Below, one piece after another: positions 27,630 to 36,950 of a stretch of DNA of 64,000 nucleotides. This DNA is from an uncultured Ruminococcus sp. (lineage in GTDB: Bacteria; Bacillota; Clostridia; Oscillospirales; CAG-382). The DNA lies in the NCBI GenBank assembly GCA_964549435.1, contig CAZJVB010000010.1, positions 638 through 64,637 of the forward strand, read 5' to 3'. How positions within the stretch are numbered: position 1 is the stretch's first letter; each line of letters starts with the position of its first letter. The notes beneath the pieces are model-generated. The model saw nothing but the letters and a program-made list of their open reading frames with translations. It was not told the origin of the DNA and did not search any database. The translations under genes were made by a program, and so were the position numbers.

Positions 27630-28487
27630 GTGTCAGTAAGAAACAAGGAGGGACGCCGGATCAAAGGGCTTTGCCCGATGAATATGGTTTCACCGTTCAT
27701 TATGAGGACGCGCGGCGATGCCACCAATTATTATACGGACCGAGTCGAGGTCAGCCGCACGGAGCAGTACATTCGTCATAAAAAGGAACAGGGATTCACC
27801 GATTTTAATTTAATGTATGTGATCCTTGCCGCCTATGTGCGGACGGTCGCCTCCCACCCGCAGATCAATCGGTTTATCCGCGGGCAGCGGATCTATGCGC
27901 GCAACTGTATCGAGGTGATGCTGACCGTCAAGAATGAGATGAAGGTCAATGCGCCGGAAACGGTTCTGAAGGTTATTTTTCCGCCGGATGCCACTGCTGA
28001 TGAGGTTTATCAGCTGCTGAACAGTGAAATTCGCAAGGCAAAAGCGGGCGGAAACGCGGATTTTGACGGAGTAGCCCGTTTTTTGGGGCACGTGCCGCGG
28101 ATATTTTTGCGTGCCGCAATCGGGTTCCTGAACTTTTTGGACTATTTCGGTCTGATGCCGCGCAAGCTGACCAAGCTTTCGCCCTTTCACGGCTCTATGG
28201 CGATCACATCGATGGGATCGCTGCGGATTCAGCCGATCTATCATCATTTGTATAATTTCGGCAATATTCCGGTTTTCTGTGCCTTCGGAAACCGCTATCT
28301 CGTGAATGTCCTGCAGGCAGATGGGGAGATCCGGCATGCGAAGTATGTGGATCTGAAATTTACGCTGGATGAGAGGATTACCGATGGCTTCGGATATGCA
28401 TCGGTCTTTCATTGCCTGAAGCATTTGATGCAGAATCCGGTATCGCTGGACAAGCGTCCGGAACGGATTTTGCAGGATATTCGATAA
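27630..28487 (+). CDS. Stand-alone 2-oxoacid dehydrogenase E2-type acyltransferase catalytic-domain homolog (no lipoyl domain)
   Basis: The ORF-track start at 27621 is only 1 nt from the SD, so the GTG at 27630 (9 nt after AAAGAGG) is preferred. The C-terminus has DERITDG aligned to the E2/CAT DHRxxDG motif. Confidence 0.65.
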   Translation: MSVRNKEGRRIKGLCPMNMVSPFIMRTRGDATNYYTDRVEVSRTEQYIRHKKEQGFTDFNLMYVILAAYVRTVASHPQINRFIRGQRIYARNCIEVMLTVKNEMKVNAPETVLKVIFPPDATADEVYQLLNSEIRKAKAGGNADFDGVARFLGHVPRIFLRAAIGFLNFLDYFGLMPRKLTKLSPFHGSMAITSMGSLRIQPIYHHLYNFGNIPVFCAFGNRYLVNVLQADGEIRHAKYVDLKFTLDERITDGFGYASVFHCLKHLMQNPVSLDKRPERILQDIR

Positions 28488-28511
28488 CCATCATTTAAGG
28501 AGGAAAGTTCG

Positions 28512-28973
28512 ATGAGATGTCCCGCCTGTGCCCATCCCGACAGCAAGGTGGTGGATTCCCGTCCCGCCTCAGACGGCAGTTCTATTCGCCGCCGCCGGGA
28601 ATGTCTTTGCTGTGGGAAGCGTTTCACAACCTATGAAACGGTTGAGTCTCTCCCTTTGATTGTGGTCAAGAAGGATCGCACGCGGGAGGCATTCGACCGC
28701 AACAAGATCCTCAAGAGCATCATCCGCGCCTGCGATAAGCGGCAGGTCACGATGGAGCAGATGGAGCGCGCCGTCAGCGAGATTGAGACGACGCTGCAGA
28801 ACGCCCTTCAAAATGAGATCAATTCCTCTGCCATCGGCGAAATGGTGATGGAAAAGCTTAAGGTGATGGATGAAGTTGCGTATGTTCGCTTTGCATCTGT
28901 TTACCGGCAGTTTAAAGATATCGGTGCATTCATGGAGGAATTGAATCGCTTGCTGATTGAGAAAAAGCATTGA
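28512..28973 (+). CDS. nrdR: Transcriptional repressor NrdR
   Basis: 153 aa. The zinc ribbon is [17 protein letters not shown]...[16 protein letters not shown], followed by an ATP-cone. Confidence 0.95.
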   Translation: MRCPACAHPDSKVVDSRPASDGSSIRRRRECLCCGKRFTTYETVESLPLIVVKKDRTREAFDRNKILKSIIRACDKRQVTMEQMERAVSEIETTLQNALQNEINSSAIGEMVMEKLKVMDEVAYVRFASVYRQFKDIGAFMEELNRLLIEKKH

Positions 28974-28990
28974 ATCGATCGTCTGAAAAG

Positions 28991-29024
28991 GACAGCGCAC
29001 GCTCTTCCGAGCGTGCGCTGTTTT
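28991..29024 (+). terminator. Terminator after nrdR
   Basis: Perfect 13-bp stem acagcgcacgctc / gagcgtgcgctgt with loop ttcc, then TTTT. Confidence 0.7.
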
Positions 29025-29046
29025 TGTGTGATCCGTCCTATTCCTT

Positions 29047-29592
29047 TCAGTTGCGCAATACCGTGCCGAAGCATTGCGGATGCAGATACCAAATGCCGCC
29101 GATGCAGAGAACCAAATATACGGCATCGCGCTCGTTCCGGTCATAGGAACCCTCCCAGTGAACCGTTACATGGATTTGCTCTGCCGCAGTGATGTCGGAC
29201 AGAGACATGGTGTACCGGAAGCGGTCGAGCCTGTCGTATTGAAAGGTCTCCTCCAGTTGCGAGAGATCATAGGTCTCGCTGCCGGTCAATTCATACCAGA
29301 GGCGGTACTCGTCACCGCAGGTGCTGCAGTTATACGAATCCGCCAGAGAAAGCTGCAGCCGGACCGTTTCCGGCAGATCCGGGAATAGGGAAAGGTAAGC
29401 ATCGCAGAAGTCCGGCGGAAACGCAGCCTCGTAAGCAGCGACGCTGCCGCCGGCAACCGCTTCGAGGATACGGTCTAACGGCGCCGTTTTTTCATTGCCG
29501 ATGCTGCCGACGTCCTGTTCGGCACAGGAGGGAAGAAGCAGCGGGAGCAAAAGCAGCAGAATAGACGCCAAGGCGATGGCTTTACGCCTCAT
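29047..29592 (-). CDS. Putative lipoprotein, function unknown
   Basis: 181 aa. MRRKAIALASILLLLLPLLLPSC is a signal peptide plus lipobox. Its start overlaps the ftsK stop by 11 nt. Confidence 0.6.
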   Translation of the reverse strand: MRRKAIALASILLLLLPLLLPSCAEQDVGSIGNEKTAPLDRILEAVAGGSVAAYEAAFPPDFCDAYLSLFPDLPETVRLQLSLADSYNCSTCGDEYRLWYELTGSETYDLSQLEETFQYDRLDRFRYTMSLSDITAAEQIHVTVHWEGSYDRNERDAVYLVLCIGGIWYLHPQCFGTVLRN

Positions 29593-32107
29593 CCGCTTCG
29601 TCTGCCTTTCCCATTTTCATTTCCATGAGTTCCTCCCGTGTGATGACGATTTTCCGCTTTTTTGTAGCGGAATCAAACGGACCGATATAGCCTTTCTGTT
29701 CCATGACGCCGACGATGCGCGCTGCGCGGGCATACCCCAGTCCCAGCCGTGTCTGAAGCATGGAGGTGGAGATGTTCTGCGTATCAATCGCCAGCTCCAG
29801 CGCGTCGAAAAATTTATCATCCAGCTTCTGTTCGTCGCCGGAGCCCTCCTCGTTCTCGGCGCGGCGCGCGTGCTTGGGTGCGCCGCACAGCTTGGCTTCC
29901 TTTTCGATCTGAGAGATGATATCCTCATCATAGGAGGCCGTAGCGGCGTCCTTGATGAACTGCGTGATGGCAACCACCTCGGTTTTGCCGTCCACCAGCG
30001 CGCCCTGTACGCGGATCGGTTTCATCGCGCCGACAGGGTAATACAGCATGTCCCCCCTGCCGAGCAGCTTCTCTGCACCGGTCAGATCCAGAATGGTGCG
30101 GGAATCCACCTGAGAAGCAACGGTAAAGGCGATCCGGGAGGGGATATTCGCCTTGATCAATCCGGTAATGACGTCTACGGAGGGGCGCTGCGTACCGATC
30201 ACCAGATGGATGCCGGCGGCGCGCGCCTTTTGCGCAAGGCGGCAAATAGAAGTTTCTACGTCGTCCGGTGCGGTCATCATCAGATCGGCCAGCTCATCGA
30301 TGAAAATGACAATGTACGGCTGCTGCTCGCGTTCCGGATCGTCCCGAACCAACTGGTTGTATTCGATCAGGTTTTTTGCTGCAACCTCCTGAATCAGATT
30401 GTACCGCTTTTCCATTTCTACGCATGCCCAGTTGAGCGTGCCGGCAGCCTTCTTCACATCGTTGATGACAGGAACCAGAAGGTGAGGAATGCCATTATAA
30501 TCTGCCATCTCCACTTTTTTGGGATCGATCATGATGAACTTGACCTCGTCCGGCGAGGCGTGGTAAAGCAGCGAGACGATCAGCGAATTCATGCAGACGG
30601 ATTTGCCCATGCCGGTCGCGCCGGCGATCATCAGATGCGGCATTTTGGCAATATCCAGATAGACAGGATTGCCGGATACGTCCTCGCCCAGTGCAGTCAC
30701 GAGCTTGCTCTTGTTGTCGCGGAAGGTGCTGTTTTCAATCAGGTTGCGCAACCGGACGGTTGCAGCGGAACGGTTGGGAATTTCTATGCCGATGGCGCTT
30801 TTACCCGGAATATTTTCGATACGCACTGAGGTTGCTGCCAGATGCAGTGCAATATCGTCGGAAAGATTGGCGATCTGCTTGACGCGGACGCCGGTTTCCG
30901 GCTGTACTTCATATTGCGTGACGGTGGGACCGAAGGAGGCGCCGATCACATGCGCTTTGACCTTGAAGCTTTCCAGAACGGCCTCCAACTTGCGGCTGAC
31001 CGCCGCGACATCGGCGGCATTCGGCTTCGGCGTGTTGGCTTCATCCGGTGTCAGCAGGGAAATCGGCGGAAATACGTAGGGGGCGTGCTCCGACGGAATT
31101 TCCAGCGGGACGGCGTCCTCTGTCGGCAGCTCCTCCTCTGGTTCCTTTTCCTCCTCCTGCACCGGCTCCGGCACGGGTTCGGGCGCGGGAGCGGGTGCCT
31201 GCGGAGCCGTTTCTGACGGCGCTTTGTCGGGTTGCTCTGCCTTCTTTTGGAATAACTCGGTCGGCACGCGGGTGAAGACCTCTTCCTCCTCTTCCTCCGG
31301 CAGAAGGAAGCGATGCTGTCCGTCGGTTTCCTGTATGATGCACGGATCGTCCGTGATCCGGCGGTCGTCTACCAGTACGGTTGGCACCTTGCCCTTGCCG
31401 GTGACCTTCTGTGCCTTGGCTGCGGTGCTTTTTTTTCTCTCATTTTCACGCGCCGGCGGTTCTTCGGGGAGTTCTTCCGCGCCGTCATCAGCGAGCGATA
31501 GATTCCGGAAGAAGCCTGCGATCGCGCGCAATGTTGCCATCGGGGTACTGCCGCAGAGCAGGACGATGCAGATAAAGACGCCTGCGGAGGACAGAATTGC
31601 GGTTGCCACCCATCCGATCCCGCGGGCAAACAGGGCGCAGAGGAAGCCGCCGACCACTCCTCCTGTTTGGAGCGATTTGCCGCCCTCGTAAAGCTCGCAA
31701 ATTTCAAAGGATTTGACCGCCTCTCCGTACGGCAGCTCTTCGGTTCGTACCGAAAACAGATGAATCAGGAAGAGCAGGAAAAGAAACAGCACGGCGGTAA
31801 GCAGATTTTTGGTCGCCGCGACGTGGTTTTCCCGGTCACGGTTCCAATTGAAAACCGAAAGCAGCAGCAGGAACGGGAAAAAATAGTAGCCAAAGCCAAA
31901 CAATCCCTTCAGCACCTCCCGGACGCCGCCGAGAAAGCCGGAGTCGATTTGCGGAAAAAACGTGATGAGCAGGAAAACGGCAAAAAAGCCCAGCAGGTAG
32001 CGCAGGAGAAAGAGGTAGCTTTCTGCGCTCACGTTGGTCTTTTGCTTTTTTGTGGCTGCTGTTCGCTTTCGTGCGGAAGCGGAGGTTTTTTTCTTCGTCT
32101 TTGCCAT
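29582..32107 (-). CDS. ftsK: DNA translocase FtsK/SpoIIIE
   Basis: 841 aa. It has N-terminal TM helices and a Pro/Glu-rich linker. The motor has Walker A (AGATGMGKS), and a C-terminal gamma winged-helix is present. Confidence 0.95.
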   Translation of the reverse strand: MAKTKKKTSASARKRTAATKKQKTNVSAESYLFLLRYLLGFFAVFLLITFFPQIDSGFLGGVREVLKGLFGFGYYFFPFLLLLSVFNWNRDRENHVAATKNLLTAVLFLFLLFLIHLFSVRTEELPYGEAVKSFEICELYEGGKSLQTGGVVGGFLCALFARGIGWVATAILSSAGVFICIVLLCGSTPMATLRAIAGFFRNLSLADDGAEELPEEPPARENERKKSTAAKAQKVTGKGKVPTVLVDDRRITDDPCIIQETDGQHRFLLPEEEEEEVFTRVPTELFQKKAEQPDKAPSETAPQAPAPAPEPVPEPVQEEEKEPEEELPTEDAVPLEIPSEHAPYVFPPISLLTPDEANTPKPNAADVAAVSRKLEAVLESFKVKAHVIGASFGPTVTQYEVQPETGVRVKQIANLSDDIALHLAATSVRIENIPGKSAIGIEIPNRSAATVRLRNLIENSTFRDNKSKLVTALGEDVSGNPVYLDIAKMPHLMIAGATGMGKSVCMNSLIVSLLYHASPDEVKFIMIDPKKVEMADYNGIPHLLVPVINDVKKAAGTLNWACVEMEKRYNLIQEVAAKNLIEYNQLVRDDPEREQQPYIVIFIDELADLMMTAPDDVETSICRLAQKARAAGIHLVIGTQRPSVDVITGLIKANIPSRIAFTVASQVDSRTILDLTGAEKLLGRGDMLYYPVGAMKPIRVQGALVDGKTEVVAITQFIKDAATASYDEDIISQIEKEAKLCGAPKHARRAENEEGSGDEQKLDDKFFDALELAIDTQNISTSMLQTRLGLGYARAARIVGVMEQKGYIGPFDSATKKRKIVITREELMEMKMGKADEADEA

Positions 32108-32158
32108 GTTTTTCTTTTCCGTTCCTTTCCTTATCTGCCTGGTGCAAGGTTAAAATGA

Positions 32159-33004
32159 TCAGAGCACCAGATCTGCGATGATCGCTGCAGCGCCGATCAG
32201 AATGGTGTAAATACTGAAAACGGTGAAGCCCTTCTTTCGGGAGAAGAATTGCAGCAGCTTGATCGCGCCCAGACCGACGAGAAGTGCAGTCAGCGAGCCG
32301 GCAATACAGGGACCGGCAAGCCCCGGTTCCATGCCGCCCTTAAAGAAATCCGGCAGCTCTAAAACGCAGGCGCCGAGAATCGCCGGAATCGCCATCAGGA
32401 AGGAAAAGCGCACTGCGTCCTCCCGCGTCAGACCGCAAAGTCTGCCGCCGGTGATGGTGGAGCCGGAACGGGAGATGCCCGGCAGAACGCCGAACATCTG
32501 CACGCAGCCGATCAGAAATGGACGCAGCCAGCCGGCGCTTTCCAGAGTGACGGAACCGGCGGAGAGCCGGTCGCTCAGCCAAAGCATGACGCCGTTGAAA
32601 ATCAGCAGCACACCGATCAGCCAGCTGAAGCTGCTGACCGCCTCTACGCGGTCGGAAAACAAGGCGATCGGGATCAACGGAAGGGTGGAAAGGCAGAGCA
32701 TCAGAAATAACCGTTCCCCAAACTCCAGCGCTACCCGCTTTCCGCCCGCTTTCCGGAGGCGACCGGTAAAGACTTTGCCAAGCAGGGTGAAGCAGCCCTT
32801 GATGATCAGGAGAAGCTCTCTGTGGTACATGAGTACCACCGCCAACAGGGTGGCAAGGTGAAGGAGTACGTCAAACGCGAGGTAGTCGGTCCCCTCTGTG
32901 CCGAAAAAATTGTGCGCGAGCGCCAGATGACCGGAGCTGGAAATCGGGAGAAACTCTGCGATTCCCTGCAGAAGTCCATACAGAATGGCTTCCAGAATTC
33001 CCAT
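32159..33004 (-). CDS. uppP: Undecaprenyl-diphosphate phosphatase
   Basis: 281 aa. GLLQGIAEFLPISSSGHL and PGISRSGSTI are the BacA/UppP signature motifs. Confidence 0.95.
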   Translation of the reverse strand: MGILEAILYGLLQGIAEFLPISSSGHLALAHNFFGTEGTDYLAFDVLLHLATLLAVVLMYHRELLLIIKGCFTLLGKVFTGRLRKAGGKRVALEFGERLFLMLCLSTLPLIPIALFSDRVEAVSSFSWLIGVLLIFNGVMLWLSDRLSAGSVTLESAGWLRPFLIGCVQMFGVLPGISRSGSTITGGRLCGLTREDAVRFSFLMAIPAILGACVLELPDFFKGGMEPGLAGPCIAGSLTALLVGLGAIKLLQFFSRKKGFTVFSIYTILIGAAAIIADLVL

Positions 33005-33044
33005 GCGTGTATCTCTGCCTTTCTATGGTAAACGTGCGTGTCTG

Positions 33045-34562
33045 TCAGTAAGCGGTATACCCCTGAATCTGCTCCACCGTGCTCTGCATGGCGGTTTCGG
33101 CTGCGTCCAGCAGCGACTGGAAGCGGGAAGCGTAGTTGGTATCTAGCAGATAGTAGCAGTTCATGATATTGCCCCAGTTGTAGATGGGACCGAGGTCAAA
33201 GGAGCGGGTTGCGAAGATCAGATCCAGCATTTCCGCGGAATCATCGTCGCGTGCGTCACGGTATTTGAGCTGAATGTCGTAGAATTCGGGAGTCACCCAT
33301 TCCTGTGACTTCATGGCGATGGCCTCGATCACCACACCGAGCTCTTCCACGTTCGGAACGCCGTAAGGAATCGCCATGTAGGAGGAGTTGCCGGCGGAAA
33401 CCGTGTGATAGTAGGAGTCCTGATCCGCAAAGGTTTTCGGGATCGGCAGGATGCCGAATTCGTCCTCCATGCTCCGGAACCCCGCGACATTGATCAGACC
33501 GCACATGAAGAACAGTTCGCGTCCCTCGGTAAACGCTTTGATCGTGGTTTCTTCCCATGGGCTGGCGTACTGGCTGTATTTTCCGCCGTTTGCGACCATG
33601 ACTTCGCCGCTGTTATAGAAGTTGATGATCTTGTCCAGCGCGCTGTAGGTTTGTGTCGCGTGGTTTTTGACCGTGAAGAAGGGAAGGTCGTTGTCATCCT
33701 TTTCCACAGCATGCAGACCGCCGCCCAGAACCTGTACAAAGATGTTATAGGTTTCGGTGCCGAACGCCCAGCGGTCGAATTCGTTGATCGTGCCGTCGCC
33801 GTTGCTGTCCGTGGTGATTCCCTGACAGAGCTCTATGAAATTATCCAGCGTCCAGGTGCCGTCCTTGACCATCTGGTAGAAGTCCTCCGTGATGCCGAGA
33901 TTCTCTTTCAGCGTTTTGTTGAACAGCACGCACCATGTGCCGAGGTCATCATAGGTATTGATGTCTCCGTTGACATAGAACAGGCGGTTGCCGATTGAGA
34001 GCTGCTCCACGGCGTTCTGATCCCACCAGGAGTTTTCCAAATGTAGCGTAGAGACGGTATTGAGATCGGTCAGGAGATCGTTGGCAACCATGGAAGCGCA
34101 AAAACTGGAACTCTGGAAAATGATGTCATAGGAAAACGTTCCGGAGGTTACCATATTCTGCACAGTCTGCAAGAAGGTGGTTGAATTTTCTAAGGTGCCG
34201 CTGATGGTACAGTTGTATTCCGATTCTACTGTATCAATAACTGCTTTTTTTGCGGTATCCACTGCGGTAGCGTTTTCATCGGTGCTGTAGAGGATTTCTC
34301 CGGTGTATCCTTGGATGGAAGCGGAGGTTGCGCCCCAATCCCAGCAGTAGACATTGATTTCGCGTCCGTCAAGGTCGATGATCTCCGGGCGGATATCGCC
34401 GTTGTCGCTTTCGGTCTGCGACGGCGTTTGCGAATGCGCGGAGACAACGGAGGAGGTTTCCCCGGAGCCGCTGGCGCAGGCGCAGAGAAGCGGAAGGAGG
34501 AGTGCAAGCATCATTGCAAAGAGCAGGGGGGAGTGAAAACGAAGGAGCGTGTTTTTGTTCAT
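33045..34562 (-). CDS. Extracellular solute-binding lipoprotein (ABC sugar-type SBP), no cognate permease adjacent
   Basis: 505 aa. The signal peptide plus lipobox is LLLPLLCAC. It is a paralog of 25877..27448. Confidence 0.8.
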   Translation of the reverse strand: MNKNTLLRFHSPLLFAMMLALLLPLLCACASGSGETSSVVSAHSQTPSQTESDNGDIRPEIIDLDGREINVYCWDWGATSASIQGYTGEILYSTDENATAVDTAKKAVIDTVESEYNCTISGTLENSTTFLQTVQNMVTSGTFSYDIIFQSSSFCASMVANDLLTDLNTVSTLHLENSWWDQNAVEQLSIGNRLFYVNGDINTYDDLGTWCVLFNKTLKENLGITEDFYQMVKDGTWTLDNFIELCQGITTDSNGDGTINEFDRWAFGTETYNIFVQVLGGGLHAVEKDDNDLPFFTVKNHATQTYSALDKIINFYNSGEVMVANGGKYSQYASPWEETTIKAFTEGRELFFMCGLINVAGFRSMEDEFGILPIPKTFADQDSYYHTVSAGNSSYMAIPYGVPNVEELGVVIEAIAMKSQEWVTPEFYDIQLKYRDARDDDSAEMLDLIFATRSFDLGPIYNWGNIMNCYYLLDTNYASRFQSLLDAAETAMQSTVEQIQGYTAY

Positions 34563-34674
34563 TGTGAATATCCTTTCTTACGGAGTGAGAGGACGGCGCA
34601 GATGCTCCGAAGGACGGGCATGCGGCGTGCCTTTACGGTTTCCCTCGGTATGAAGGAGATTTCATACCGAAATA

Positions 34675-34703
34675 AGTATAATACATTTTTTTCCGGATGT
34701 CAA
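34675..34703 (-). promoter_or_regulatory. Sigma-A promoter for the SBP gene
   Basis: Minus strand TTGACA (34698-34703), 17 nt, TATACT (34675-34680). A 9-bp hairpin (cggtatgaa/ttcataccg) follows immediately downstream. Confidence 0.6.
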
Positions 34704-34761
34704 GACGTCATGAAGAAGTCGGTGTCCGCCGGAAGCCTCGTGTGCCGGCAGGAAAATAGCG

Positions 34762-34790
34762 ATTGACAAACGGCGGGGAAAGGTGTATAA
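34762..34790 (+). promoter_or_regulatory. Consensus sigma-A promoter
   Basis: TTGACA (34762-34767), 17 nt, TATAAT (34785-34790). Confidence 0.65.
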
Positions 34791-34827
34791 TGTCCACGAC
34801 TTTGAAGAAAGGAATTGGTGAACGGTA

Positions 34828-35757
34828 GTGGCTTCTTCCATGCGGAACTTTTTTGTCACGTTTGTTTTGGCATTGTTGATTTTCGGCGGACTTGCCTTCT
34901 TCTTCTACGATGATCTTGCTGCGTTTCTGCCGCAGAGTGAAACGGAGGAATCGGAGGACGCCGCAATGTCGGAGGAACCCTCCCGCAGCACCTCGGAGCC
35001 TTCGGAGATTTCGGTCGTTCTGAACGGGGAAGTGCTGAACGGACTGATCGTCACCAAGAATGCGGACGGCGAGGTGCTTGGCGCGTATTTCCTGCGCTAT
35101 AATTCCGGCGTCTATAAAATTATTTCCTGTGAGCTTTCGCTGAGTGTTTCCCTGTACAACGAGGTCGGCGCTCTGGTGCCGCTGGGGGATTACCTGCGCA
35201 TCTATACCATAGAGGAAGCAGCGAAGGCGGTTTGTGCCCTGACCGGCTACAGCGCGGATTTTTATCTGGAGGTAACACCGGATTCCCTGAATGGTCTGAT
35301 CGAACAGATGCATAATCCGCATTATCTTGTCCGTCAGGAGATTCATTACGTCAATCCGATCTATGAGGATGTTTCCGTCGGGGCGGTGCCTCCGGACTAC
35401 TATAAGCATGTCGATGCCGGTGAGATTGCCCTGACTGCGGAAACGCTTTCCGTGATTCTGGAGCATTACAGCCTGTGCGACGGTGCGGACGGTCATGAAA
35501 GCTACGATAAGATGCTGACCGGACTGTATCAGTCGCTGTTTGAACAGGTGATGGGCGAGCAGAAAACCATCTTTTCCGTCGATCCGGATCGGTTTGCCCG
35601 CGCGCTTTCCGGTATGAAGACCAATCTGGACAGTACGTTTCTTACCGAGTACGCCGATTTGCTGTTTAAATATACGGACGCGGACTATACGATACAGGAA
35701 ATTCCCTATACGACGCGTGATGCCACGCTGCACAGTATCAAGACGGCGGATCAGTGA
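34828..35757 (+). CDS. Membrane-anchored hypothetical protein
   Basis: 309 aa with a GTG start. The N-terminal TM is FFVTFVLALLIFGGLAFFFY. Its ordinary acidic/aromatic composition contrasts with the Arg-rich 415-aa antisense ORF. No motif recognised. Confidence 0.6.
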   Translation: MASSMRNFFVTFVLALLIFGGLAFFFYDDLAAFLPQSETEESEDAAMSEEPSRSTSEPSEISVVLNGEVLNGLIVTKNADGEVLGAYFLRYNSGVYKIISCELSLSVSLYNEVGALVPLGDYLRIYTIEEAAKAVCALTGYSADFYLEVTPDSLNGLIEQMHNPHYLVRQEIHYVNPIYEDVSVGAVPPDYYKHVDAGEIALTAETLSVILEHYSLCDGADGHESYDKMLTGLYQSLFEQVMGEQKTIFSVDPDRFARALSGMKTNLDSTFLTEYADLLFKYTDADYTIQEIPYTTRDATLHSIKTADQ

Positions 35758-35881
35758 GGGCGGTTCCGCACCGTTTACCATGATTTTGCAGCGGAAAAAA
35801 GGCAAAAAATCCGGTTTTCCTATTGAAAAATAAAAATCTTTGTGATATGATAACGGTAGACTAAATGTGGAGGTAGAGAAA

Positions 35882-36055
35882 ATGGCTTTTTCGATTGATA
35901 AGGATTTCTGCATCGGCTGCGGCGCCTGTGAAGCGGAATGTCCGGTGAGCGCCATTGCTTGCGGTGAGGACGGAAAGTATGAAATCGATTCGGAGACCTG
36001 TCTGGAATGCGGCGCTTGCGCAAGCGTTTGTCCGGTCGGCGCCCCGAAAGAATAA
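35882..36055 (+). CDS. 2x[4Fe-4S] ferredoxin
   Basis: 57 aa, from the ATG 8 nt after GGAGG. It has two CxxCxxCxxxCP motifs (CIGCGACEAECP, CLECGACASVCP). Confidence 0.85.
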   Translation: MAFSIDKDFCIGCGACEAECPVSAIACGEDGKYEIDSETCLECGACASVCPVGAPKE

Positions 36056-36147
36056 GGAAGATTTTTCCTGATTCAAAACCGAACGGTGAAATGCGCTCCT
36101 TGGTCTTTTCCACGGGGCGCATTTTCTGACTGAACCGGAGGAGAAGG

Positions 36148-36936
36148 ATGTCGGACAGGGAAACGTGCGGACGGCTCGAAACGAAGATCAACGGCGGATT
36201 GACTTTGTCGGAATATCGAGAGGGAATTCGGTTCGGAACGGATGCGCTGCTGCTTGCCGCTTTTGCCGCCGGAAGGATCGGAACCGGTTCCTGCGCCGAC
36301 TTCGGTACCGGCAGCGGGGTGCTGCCGCTCCTGCTGCTTGCGGGCGGCAGTCAGGCACAGTTTCTGGCGGTGGAGCTGCAGGAAAAGTATGCGGCGCTTG
36401 CGCAGGAAAATGCGGAACGAAATGGATTTGCAGGTCGAATGCAGGTGCTTTGCGGAGATTTGCGGGAGTATCGGCGTCTGTTTCCGGCCGGGAGCATGCA
36501 CAGTGTGGTGTGCAATCCGCCGTATTTGCCGGTTGGATGCGGAAAGCAGTCGCTTTCTTCCGAAAAGCGCATGGCGTGGCATGAGGATTGTCTTCGGGTG
36601 GACGAGCTTGCCGCTGCTGCGGCATGGGCGCTGCAATCCGGCGGAAGGTTTTTCTGTGTATATCTGCCGTCCCGGATGGCGACATTGTTTTGTGCGCTCA
36701 GGGAACGTTCGCTGGAGCCAAAGCGGCTGCAGATGATCGCTCCGTCGCCTTCCGAAAAGCCCTCCCTGTTTTTGCTGGAAGCCAAAAAGGATGCACATGA
36801 AGGAATGAACGTACTTCCGACGCTGTTCTTGTATCAGGATAAAACACATCGGGAGGAAAGTGGGGATATGCAGGCACTCTATCTGTTATTTGAACAGGGG
36901 GCGTCCGGAGGCGGCTGCTTCCGCAAACGCTTATAA
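36148..36936 (+). CDS. SAM-dependent N6-adenine methyltransferase, TrmN6/YfiC-like (tRNA m6A37 type)
   Basis: 262 aa. The SAM motif is DFGTGSGVLPLLL and the catalytic motif is CNPPY. Confidence 0.75.
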   Translation: MSDRETCGRLETKINGGLTLSEYREGIRFGTDALLLAAFAAGRIGTGSCADFGTGSGVLPLLLLAGGSQAQFLAVELQEKYAALAQENAERNGFAGRMQVLCGDLREYRRLFPAGSMHSVVCNPPYLPVGCGKQSLSSEKRMAWHEDCLRVDELAAAAAWALQSGGRFFCVYLPSRMATLFCALRERSLEPKRLQMIAPSPSEKPSLFLLEAKKDAHEGMNVLPTLFLYQDKTHREESGDMQALYLLFEQGASGGGCFRKRL

Positions 36937-36950
36937 GGAATGACACGAGC

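Noticed and set aside
29495-30829. 444-aa plus-strand ORF opposite ftsK. Others of the same kind are 44418..45701(+) and 45685..46689(+) opposite the U32 and serine-hydrolase genes, 7299..8342(-) opposite the SGNH gene, and 23419..24273(-) and 24646..25587(-) opposite the FDP and pdxST genes.
   Set aside because: Shadow ORFs, for the same reasons as above.
34708-35955. 415-aa minus-strand ORF, longer than the 309-aa plus-strand ORF it covers.
   Set aside because: Its composition is dominated by Arg, Gln, Ile and Gly. It would run through a consensus plus-strand promoter and through the ferredoxin gene start. The plus-strand product has a TM anchor and normal composition, so I kept the plus-strand call, though only at moderate confidence.
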